The notes beneath the pieces were generated by a model. That model was not told the DNA's origin. It did not search any database and was given only the letters and a program-made list of their open reading frames with translations. This document shows positions 9,912 through 17,529 of a stretch of DNA of 64,000 nt, piece by piece. The stretch's first letter is position 1, and every line of letters begins with the position of its first letter. Where the stretch lies: the NCBI GenBank assembly GCA_965203055.1, contig OZ241863.1, forward strand, positions 1,152,001 to 1,216,000, written 5' to 3'. A program made the position numbers and the translations under genes. The stretch comes from Spirochaetia bacterium. Its GTDB lineage: Bacteria; Spirochaetota; Spirochaetia; SZUA-6; Bin103.

Positions 9912-11435
9912 CTACCAGCCGGCCCCGCCGGGGGCGACGATTTCGGATTCCTTGAGCACCACGTCGTGGGCGCCGGCCTCGCGCAGGCTGGTGGAGGAGA
10001 CCACCGTCAGGCGCGCTTCGCGGTGCAGCGCGGCGAGGTCGGTGACCCCGCAGTTGCACATCGTGCTCTTGATCTTGCTCAGCGTCTGGTTGAGGTTGTC
10101 GCGCAGCTCGCCGGCGTAGGGCACGTAGCCGTCCACCCCCTCCTCGAAGGCGAGTCCGGCGGCCGGCGCCTGGCCGTCGTAGCGCTGCCAGTTGCGCGCC
10201 TTGATGGTGCCTTCGCCCCAGTACTCCTTGACGAAGTTGGTGCCCATGCGCAGGCGCGGCGCGGGGCTCTCGTCGAAGCGCGCGAAGTAGCGGCCCATCA
10301 TCACGCAGTCCGCGCCCATGGCCAGCGCCAGGGTGATGTGATAGTCGTGGAAGATGCCGCCGTCGGCGCAGATGGGGATGTACTGGCCGCTCTCCCGGAA
10401 CAGCCGGTCACGGGCGGCGGCCACGTCCAGCACCGCGCTGGCCTGCCCGCGGCCCAGTCCCTTCTGCTCGCGGGTGATGCAGATGGAACCGGGGCCGACG
10501 CCCACCTTGACGAAGTCGGCGCCCGCCGCGGCGAGGTAGCGGAACCCCTCGCCGTCCACCACGTTGCCGGCGCCGATGCTCACCGCGTCCCCGTACCGCT
10601 CCCGCACCCACGCCAGGCAGTCGCGCTGAAACTCCGAGAAGCCGTCGGAGGAGTCGATGCACAGCACGTCCACGCCCGCTTCCAGGAGACTGGGCACGCG
10701 CTCGCGGTAGTCGTGGGTGTTGATGCCCGCGCCGACCATCAGCCGCTTCTCGTGGTCGATCAGCTCGTCCGGGTTCTCCTTGTGCTCGTCGTAGTCCTTG
10801 CGGAACACGAGGTAGCGCAGGCGGCGTTCGCCGTCGATGATCGGCAGGCAGTTGAGGCGGTGCTCCCAGATCAGGTTGTTGGCCTCGGTCAGGGAGATGC
10901 CGTCGCGGCCGTACACCAGCTCCTCGAAGGGGGTCATCATCCGCGCCACCGGTTGCTCCGGGGCGACGTGGCCGATGCGGTAGTCGCGCCCGGTCAGGAT
11001 GCCCAGCAGGCGGCCGTCCGCGGCGCCGTTGTCGGTGACCGCCATGGTGGTGTGGCCGGTGGCCCGGCTGCGGTCCAGCACGTCGCGCAGCGTGGCCTGC
11101 GGCGTGACGTTGGTGTCGCTGACCACGAATCCGGCCTTGAACTTCTTGACCCGGCGCACCATCTCCGCCTGGTCCGCGATCGGCTGCGAGGTGAAGATGA
11201 ACGCCAGGCCGCCGCTGCGGGCCAGGGCCACCGCCATGGTGTCGTCCGACACCGACTGCATCATTGCCGAGACCAGCGGTACGTTCAGGGTGAGCCCCGC
11301 GGCCGCCGGCGGCCGCCGGCGGGTCAGCGGCGAGCGCAGGCTGACGTTGGCGGGGATGCACTCCCGCCGCGTCAGGTTGGGGAGCAGCAGATACTCGCTG
11401 AAGGTGCGCGAGATCCCGGGTATTACGATGGCCAT
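9912..11435 (-). CDS. guaB: IMP dehydrogenase
   Basis: [11 protein letters not shown] pair, [14 protein letters not shown] active site, [22 protein letters not shown]. Confidence 0.95.
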   Translation of the reverse strand: MAIVIPGISRTFSEYLLLPNLTRRECIPANVSLRSPLTRRRPPAAAGLTLNVPLVSAMMQSVSDDTMAVALARSGGLAFIFTSQPIADQAEMVRRVKKFKAGFVVSDTNVTPQATLRDVLDRSRATGHTTMAVTDNGAADGRLLGILTGRDYRIGHVAPEQPVARMMTPFEELVYGRDGISLTEANNLIWEHRLNCLPIIDGERRLRYLVFRKDYDEHKENPDELIDHEKRLMVGAGINTHDYRERVPSLLEAGVDVLCIDSSDGFSEFQRDCLAWVRERYGDAVSIGAGNVVDGEGFRYLAAAGADFVKVGVGPGSICITREQKGLGRGQASAVLDVAAARDRLFRESGQYIPICADGGIFHDYHITLALAMGADCVMMGRYFARFDESPAPRLRMGTNFVKEYWGEGTIKARNWQRYDGQAPAAGLAFEEGVDGYVPYAGELRDNLNQTLSKIKSTMCNCGVTDLAALHREARLTVVSSTSLREAGAHDVVLKESEIVAPGGAGW

Positions 11436-11558
11436 GGCGTTCTCCTCTCGCAGGTGGCGTGGCACGGCGGCCCGCCGGCGCGCGGCGCGGCGGCGGGCGG
11501 GCGGAATCGGTGGGAGCGTGCGCGCCCCGCGGCCCGCGCGCGGCGGCGCCGGCGCTGA

Positions 11559-12632
11559 TCAGCCTGCGGCGAGCTGGCCCTGGGGCGCACGCAACGCGCC
11601 GGTGAGCATACGCTCGGTCGTGTCCCAACTGATGCACTCGTCGGTAATCGAGACGCCGTAGCGCAGTTCGCTGGGGTCCTCGGGGATGCTCTGGCGGCCT
11701 TCGAACAGGTTGCTCTCCAGCATGGCGCCGATGATCGGACTGGACGCGGCGGCGGACTGCGCCCGCTGTTCCAGCACGCTGTTCCAGGCGGTCTCCTGAT
11801 TCCGGTGCTTCTTGCCGGAGTTGTCGTGGCTGCAGTCCACCATCAGCACGGGGGACAGTCCGGCGCGTCTCAGCAAGCCGACCGCGGCGCGCACGCTGGC
11901 GGCGTCGTAGTTGGCGCCGTTGCGCCCGCCGCGCAGGATCACGTGGCCGATCCGGTTGCCGCGCGTGCTCACCACGCCGATGCGCCCGTCCTGATCGAGG
12001 CCCAGGAAGCGGTGCGGATCGCGCGCCGACACGATGGCGTCGACCGCCACCTGGAGATTGCCGTCGGTGGAGTTCTTGAAGCCGACCGGCATCGACAGGC
12101 CGCTGGCCATTTCGCGATGCGTCTGCGACTCGGTGGTGCGCGCCCCGACCGCGGCCCAGGACACCAGATCGTCGGTGTACTGGGGAACGATCGGGTCGAG
12201 CACCTCGGTCGCCGTGGGGAGCCCCAGTTCGTTGATCGCCAGCAGAATGCGGCGGGCGATGCGGAGTCCTTCGGGAATGTCCGACGAGTAGTCGAGATGG
12301 GGGTCGATGATCATCCCGCGCCAGCCCACCGTGGTGCGCGGCTTCTCGAAGTAGACCCGCATGATCACGAACAGCTCATCCTGCACGCGGGCCGCCAGCT
12401 CGGCCAGCCGGGCGGCGTACTCCAGCGCCGCGCCCTCGTCATGGATCGAACAGGGGCCGACGATCACCAGCAGGCGCGGATCGCGCCGGGCGAGGATGTC
12501 CGCCACCGTGTTCCGCGCCCGCACCACCGTCCGGTTGGCGGCGGGCCGCATCGGCAACTCCTCCTTGAGCGCCCGCGGCGAAGTAAGCGGCTCGATGGCC
12601 AGCACGTTGAGATCGAAAGTACGCTGCATCAT
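11559..12632 (-). CDS. 3-deoxy-7-phosphoheptulonate synthase, class I (AroF/G/H type)
   Basis: GPCSIHD, MRVYFEKPRTTVGW, GARTTESQTHRE, DCSHDNS, YGVSITDECI. Confidence 0.95.
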   Translation of the reverse strand: MMQRTFDLNVLAIEPLTSPRALKEELPMRPAANRTVVRARNTVADILARRDPRLLVIVGPCSIHDEGAALEYAARLAELAARVQDELFVIMRVYFEKPRTTVGWRGMIIDPHLDYSSDIPEGLRIARRILLAINELGLPTATEVLDPIVPQYTDDLVSWAAVGARTTESQTHREMASGLSMPVGFKNSTDGNLQVAVDAIVSARDPHRFLGLDQDGRIGVVSTRGNRIGHVILRGGRNGANYDAASVRAAVGLLRRAGLSPVLMVDCSHDNSGKKHRNQETAWNSVLEQRAQSAAASSPIIGAMLESNLFEGRQSIPEDPSELRYGVSITDECISWDTTERMLTGALRAPQGQLAAG

Positions 12633-12746
12633 GGGAAGACCGGCGGCCCGCCGGACCGTTGCGGCCCTATCCTAAGCTATCCCCCCACTCCTATCAACTG
12701 CCCGGCGCGCTGCGCCGCGCCGCGGGCGCGGTGATTCAGCTCCGAT

Positions 12747-13376
12747 TCACGCTCCGGCGGTCGGGGCGTCAAAGCATGCCGCCACGCCGGCGGCCAGGCC
12801 GGGGAGCAGCGGCGACCGCGCCGTTGCGCCGCGTCCGTACACCCCGTGCTCGACGTACGCGCCGTCCTGCAGCGTGAGCACGACGATCGTCGCAGCGCGC
12901 GGATCGGCGATCCAGTACTCGGCGATGCCCGCCTCCGCGTAGTCCGCCCGTTTCTCCACCAAGTCCCGAGCGGGATCGTCCGGGCTGACCACCTCCGCTA
13001 CCAGGTCCGCCCCTAGCCAGTAGGGATTCCGGCAGCGCGGATCCGTGCGACTCCGCAGTAGCAGAAGATCGGGCTCGCGGAACTTGCCCGCGCGGATGCG
13101 CATGCGCAACGGGGCGACCATCACGACCCCGCCGCGCGGCTGCAGGTAGCCGTGGAACAGGCCGTAGAGGAACAGAAGCACGGCCTGGTGCCCGAAGGTG
13201 GGCATCGGCAATTCCTGTACGTGGCCGTCGGTGAACTCGATCAGACGATTGCTGTGGTCGGTGAGCCACAGGTAGGCAGCCTCGCTCCAGGCGCCTTGCG
13301 GCGGCAGGACGTCGCGCAACAGCGCGTTCAGCGCCTCCTGGGAGGTCGGCGCTGCCGGCACAGATTCGGTGGTCAC
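12747..13376 (-). CDS. Uma2 family endonuclease
   Basis: IEFTDG, MPTFGHQ, REPDLL, ADLVAEVVSP, KRADYAEAGIAEYWIADP; GTG start inferred (ORF open to 13409). Confidence 0.9.
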   Translation of the reverse strand: MTTESVPAAPTSQEALNALLRDVLPPQGAWSEAAYLWLTDHSNRLIEFTDGHVQELPMPTFGHQAVLLFLYGLFHGYLQPRGGVVMVAPLRMRIRAGKFREPDLLLLRSRTDPRCRNPYWLGADLVAEVVSPDDPARDLVEKRADYAEAGIAEYWIADPRAATIVVLTLQDGAYVEHGVYGRGATARSPLLPGLAAGVAACFDAPTAGA

Positions 13377-13465
13377 GGTTGACGTTTCCTGCCCCCTCTC
13401 AACTGCCAACTTACCGCAAACCCCGGACCGCGTTCAAACGGCGGCCCACCGTTCGGGCGCACTTC

Positions 13466-13655
13466 GTTAGTACCGATCCCGCCCTCGAAGCCGCCGGAAG
13501 GCGTACTACGAGTACCGCGCCGCGCCGGGGCCGTGAGAAGAAACCCTGCCGCTCGACGCCGGCGACATTCTCGGCAGTAGCATCTGACGGAACGTCTATC
13601 CGCTTGGAAATGCGCCGCCTAGTCACGCCCGCAGGTGGCATCTCTCGGGCCGAAT
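13466..13655 (+). ncRNA. Candidate structured non-coding RNA/leader of the HNH element
   Basis: Conserved in both copies without a conserved ORF; several stems kept while loops vary. Confidence 0.35.
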
Positions 13656-13656
13656 A

Positions 13657-13693
13657 ACTTGACTCAAGTAGTTCCCATGATTATACTTATGTC
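13657..13693 (+). promoter_or_regulatory. Sigma70 promoter (TTGACT-17-TATACT) for leaderless mRNA, overlapped by palindrome ACTTGA-C-TCAAGT
   Basis: -35 at 13659-13664, -10 at 13682-13687, ATG 7 nt downstream with no SD; conserved in copy 2. Confidence 0.8.
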
Positions 13694-15043
13694 ATGAGCA
13701 AACATGCTTCTGACGGTGCCATCACGACTACCGTTTCCGCCCTTTCAGACGACCGCTTGCTGGCGCGGACCAAGGAACTTTCCGGCATCGAACACCATCT
13801 CGAAGTGGTCGTCATCGACCACCTGCGCGAGATTCAGAAGCGCCGCCTGTATCTGCGCCTTGGCTTTTCGAGCCTGTTCGACTACGCGGTGCGCGAACTG
13901 GGTTACAGCGACGCCGCAGCGTGGCGGCGCATCAAGGCGATGCGGCTCTGCGCGGACGTCGACGGCGTGCGCGAGCGCCTGCAGAATGGCGAGATGACGC
14001 TGAACGCGGCCGCGCAGTTGCAGCATGCGTTCGACCGGCAGGAGCGCAAGAAGGAACGCGCGGCGCGCAGCGCGCCGGGCGGGGCCGGGTTCGGGGCTGC
14101 CGCCCAGTCGCAGAACGGCTCGGCGCCGCCGCGGCCGGCGGAGCGGAAGCCGGCGGCGGTGCTGGACCCGGAGGCGCGGCGGGAGCTGGTGGAGCAGGCG
14201 TCCGGCAAGAGCAGCCGGGAGGTGACGCAGTTGCTGGCCGAGATGGACCCGGAGCTGGCGGCGCCGGCGGAGCGGGTGCGGCCGCTGGGCGGCGGGCGCT
14301 GGGAACTCAAGGCGGTGATCGACGATGAGTGCCGGCGGGGCTTGGAGCGGCTCAAGGGCCTCCTGTCTCACGTCGATCCGCACATGACGATGGGGCAGCT
14401 CATGGAGCGGCTGGTGCGGGAAGGGCTCGACCGCCACGACCCGGCCCGGCCGCCGCGCGGGCGGCGCGCCGCGCCGGCCAAAGGCGCCGAGCAAACTTCG
14501 GCGCCGAAGACGCAGGCAGCCTCGGCTCGCGGCGCTGCCTCGGCAGCGAAGCAGGAGGCCGGCGCGGACAGCGCCGCTCCTTCGGCGGCGAAGGTATCGG
14601 TTCAGGCGGCGGCCCAGCTGGAAGACGAAGCCGCTGACCGCTCGGACACTTCGGCAGCGAAGCCGGCGACCGACACCACTTCGGCGCCGAAGACGCGGCG
14701 CCTCGGCCGGCCGGCTGCGGCGTGCGCGCAGCCGGCTGCGCCGCTGCGGACCCGGACTTCGGCAGCGAAGCCGGGCGTGAGCGGCCGCGCGATCCCGGCG
14801 GCGGTCAAGCGCGAGGTGTGGCGGCGCGACCGGGGCCGCTGCCGCTACGTGGACCGCGCCAGCGGGCGCCGCTGCGGCTCGCAACACCTGCTGCAGATCG
14901 ATCACGTCGTGCCGTATGCCTGCGGCGGCGCCGCCGAGCCGAACAATCTCCGGCTGCTGTGCGCCGCCCATCACCGCTACCGCCATGCCGGCGCCGGATT
15001 CGGCCGCCCCGGCGAGGATCGTCAGGTGCCGGTAGACCGGTAA
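13694..15043 (+). CDS. HNH endonuclease with DUF222-like N-terminal domain
   Basis: LSDDRLL...HLREIQKRRLYLRLGFSSLFDYAVRELGYS N-domain; C-terminal IPAAVKREVWRRDRGRC...C...IDHVVPYACGG...NLRLLCAAHH. Confidence 0.9.
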   Translation: MSKHASDGAITTTVSALSDDRLLARTKELSGIEHHLEVVVIDHLREIQKRRLYLRLGFSSLFDYAVRELGYSDAAAWRRIKAMRLCADVDGVRERLQNGEMTLNAAAQLQHAFDRQERKKERAARSAPGGAGFGAAAQSQNGSAPPRPAERKPAAVLDPEARRELVEQASGKSSREVTQLLAEMDPELAAPAERVRPLGGGRWELKAVIDDECRRGLERLKGLLSHVDPHMTMGQLMERLVREGLDRHDPARPPRGRRAAPAKGAEQTSAPKTQAASARGAASAAKQEAGADSAAPSAAKVSVQAAAQLEDEAADRSDTSAAKPATDTTSAPKTRRLGRPAAACAQPAAPLRTRTSAAKPGVSGRAIPAAVKREVWRRDRGRCRYVDRASGRRCGSQHLLQIDHVVPYACGGAAEPNNLRLLCAAHHRYRHAGAGFGRPGEDRQVPVDR

Positions 15044-15330
15044 TCAAGATCGCCGAGAAACGTCCTCTTGTACTGGGGACTGGGGACTTGGGCTTAGCCG
15101 CCAAGCGGCCCGACGCTCACCTGCATTTTGGAAGTGCGCCCCCACCCGTCGGGCGAGCGGAGGGCGGCGGACCCGATACACCGAACCGGCGGTAGCGCCT
15201 CGGCAGGACCTCCAACCGCCGCCCGCGGCCGCTCCTGTACGTACTCGGCGCGTCTTGTGTGGTAGATCGGTCTGACGGAATACGGCATATCGCCATAGCT
15301 GCCATTGAAATCCTTGCTGCGCGCCGGAGG

Positions 15331-15615
15331 TCATAGGGTCTGCGCCTCTTGCAGCACGCGGTCTAGGAGGTCGGGATGGAGGCTCTTTTCGGTTACTACT
15401 TCCACCCGGCGGTGCAGGAGATCTTGCACGTCCATGAGCAGGCCGCCGAGAGCGAGGCCCGTTTTCTCGGGCGGAAGCGTCACCAGCAGGTCGACGTCGC
15501 TGCCATCGCCGGCATCTCCCCTTGCCATGGACCCGAACACGCGTACCTCGCGGATGCCGTGGCGCTTGGCGATGGCGAGAATCCGCGTACGGTGTCGGTC
15601 GATCACGGGGTGCAT
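15331..15615 (-). CDS. Minimal nucleotidyltransferase (MNT antitoxin-type), no HEPN partner visible
   Basis: VFGSMARGD...SDVDLLV, VEVVTEKSL. Confidence 0.9.
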   Translation of the reverse strand: MHPVIDRHRTRILAIAKRHGIREVRVFGSMARGDAGDGSDVDLLVTLPPEKTGLALGGLLMDVQDLLHRRVEVVTEKSLHPDLLDRVLQEAQTL

Positions 15616-15904
15616 TTGATCTCTGGCGAGGGTACCGGGAAGCCGGCACGCGGCTCAACCGCGACCTTGCAGGTACGTGGTCACGATCGCGGCTTCTCAG
15701 CGGGGTAGCGGGTGGTGGGTCAGCGGCCGGGGCTGGCGGCCCGGCCGCGGCCGTATTCGTTGGCGGGGTTGCGGTAGATCGAGTGGTAATGGCCGCCGGC
15801 GGCGGCGAGGGCGCCGGCCAGCGAACGAATCGAGCGCGTCATATGCCGATTGCGCACGAAACGACCGGTGCGGGACGGCTGCGGTTCGCGCTACAGTACG
15901 CGGG

Positions 15905-17518
15905 TTGAAATACGACCTCGATACCCTGCGCGGCGACCTGTTTGGCGGCATCACCTCGGCGGTGGTGGCGCTGCCGGTAGCGCTGGCCTTCGGCGTCGCC
16001 TCCGGGCTGGGCGCGGCCGCCGGGCTGTACGGCGCCATCGCGGTCGGATTCTTTGCCTCGCTGTTCGGCGGCACCCGCTCGCAGATTTCCGGTCCCACGG
16101 CGCCGATGGCGGTGGCCATGGCGGTGATCATCACCACCCACTCCACCAACCTGGCCGAGGCCCTCACCGTGGTGATGATGGGCGGCCTGCTGCAGGTGCT
16201 GCTCGGCGTGTTGGGGTTCGGCCGCTTCGTGGCCTATACGCCGCACGTGGTGGTGTCCGGCTTCATGTCCGGCATCGGCATCATCGTGATGCTGATTCAG
16301 ACCTTGCCGTTCCTCGGCGCGCCCACCGCCACCGGCGGCGCGCTGGGGGCGATTCGGGCGCTGCCGGAGGCGGTGGCCGGCATCAACTTCAGCGCCCTCG
16401 CCATCGCCGCGGCCACGCTGGCCATCGGCGTGGCGTGGCCGCGGCGGCTGCAGCGCTTCCTGCCGGGGGCGCTGGTGGCGCTGATCGCCGGCACGCTGCT
16501 CGGCGTGCTGTGGCTGCGCGGCGCGCCGGTGATCGGCCCGGTGCCCACCGGCCTGCCGCAGGTGCGGTTTGCCCTGCCGTCCGCCGGGTTCCTGCTGCGC
16601 GCCCTGCAGCCGGCGCTCATTCTCGCCCTGCTCGGTTCGGTGGACAGCCTGCTCACCTCCCTGGTAGCCGATTCGCTGACCGGCACCCGCCACAACCCGG
16701 ACCGCGAGCTGGTAGGGCAGGGCATCGGCAACCTGGTGGCCGGCCTGGTCGGCGGGGTGCCCGGCGCCGGCGCCACCATGGGTACGGTTACCAACATCCG
16801 CGCCGGCGGCAAGACGCAGGTGTCCGGCGCGCTGCGCGCAGTGGTCGTGCTCGCGCTGCTGCTGGGCCTGGGGCGCTACGTCGAGCCGATTCCGCATGCC
16901 GTGCTGGCCGGAATCCTGATGAAGGTGGGCTGGGACATCATCGACTGGCGGATGCTCACCCGCATGCACCGGATGCGCCGCGAGCACCTGTTCGTGATGC
17001 TGCTTACGCTCGCCCTTACCATATTCGTCGATCTGGTGACCGCGGTGGCGATCGGGCTGATCGCCGCCGGAGTGGCGCACGCGCGGCAGTTGGAACGGCT
17101 GGAGCTCGACAGCGTGGTCTCGGTGCCGCTGCTGGACCTGAAGTTCTTCGCGCCGGCGGCGGCCGGAACGACCGACCCCTACGCCGCGCGGGTCGGCCTG
17201 GTGGCGCTCAAGGGGAGCTTCACCGTGGCCTCGTCGCACAAGCTGGTCGGCGTGATCAGCGCCGACATAAAGGATCATGAGGTGGTGATCTTCGACTTTT
17301 CCGGCGCCACCTACCTGGATGACAGCGCCGCCATGCTGATCGATCAACTCATGGACAGCGCCGCGGGCGAGAGCACTGAGTGCATCGTCATGGGTCTGTC
17401 AGGTTCCGCCGAGGACACCCTGCGCACCCTCGACGTCCTGGCGCGGCTGCCTGCGGAGCGCGTGGTCGAAACCCTGGACCAGGCGCGGCAGGCGGCGCAG
17501 CGCATCCTTGCGCGCTGA
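15905..17518 (+). CDS. SulP family anion transporter with STAS domain
   Basis: [38 protein letters not shown]-terminal DFSGATYLD; TTG start inferred. Confidence 0.92.
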   Translation: MKYDLDTLRGDLFGGITSAVVALPVALAFGVASGLGAAAGLYGAIAVGFFASLFGGTRSQISGPTAPMAVAMAVIITTHSTNLAEALTVVMMGGLLQVLLGVLGFGRFVAYTPHVVVSGFMSGIGIIVMLIQTLPFLGAPTATGGALGAIRALPEAVAGINFSALAIAAATLAIGVAWPRRLQRFLPGALVALIAGTLLGVLWLRGAPVIGPVPTGLPQVRFALPSAGFLLRALQPALILALLGSVDSLLTSLVADSLTGTRHNPDRELVGQGIGNLVAGLVGGVPGAGATMGTVTNIRAGGKTQVSGALRAVVVLALLLGLGRYVEPIPHAVLAGILMKVGWDIIDWRMLTRMHRMRREHLFVMLLTLALTIFVDLVTAVAIGLIAAGVAHARQLERLELDSVVSVPLLDLKFFAPAAAGTTDPYAARVGLVALKGSFTVASSHKLVGVISADIKDHEVVIFDFSGATYLDDSAAMLIDQLMDSAAGESTECIVMGLSGSAEDTLRTLDVLARLPAERVVETLDQARQAAQRILAR

Positions 17519-17529
17519 GCGTGGCCGCG

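Larger units (their letters stand above)
13455..15141 (+). mobile_element. TIR-bounded HNH-endonuclease element, copy 1 (intact)
   Basis: GGGCGCACTTC at 13455-13465 and its inverse (CATTTTG)GAAGTGCGCCC ending 15141; homology with copy 2 stops at these ends. Confidence 0.75.

Noticed and set aside
9378..11558. Long antisense or alternative-frame ORFs (also 27525-29717, 37194-39689, 52574-54643, 59984-61864 and others)
   Set aside because: Shadow ORFs of real genes, typical of high-GC DNA.
13379..13657. Short ORFs in the HNH leader (and 42685-42882)
   Set aside because: Indels between the copies break the frames and the peptides have no recognisable motifs.
13694..15043. Calling the HNH protein IscB or Cas9-like
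   Set aside because: No PLMP or RuvC motifs; the HNH is C-terminal after a low-complexity linker.
13446..15150. Possible 9-bp target-site duplication CCACCGTTC / CCACCCGTC around element copy 1
   Set aside because: Only 7/9 match in GC-rich DNA, and copy 2 shows no duplication; not accepted as a TSD.
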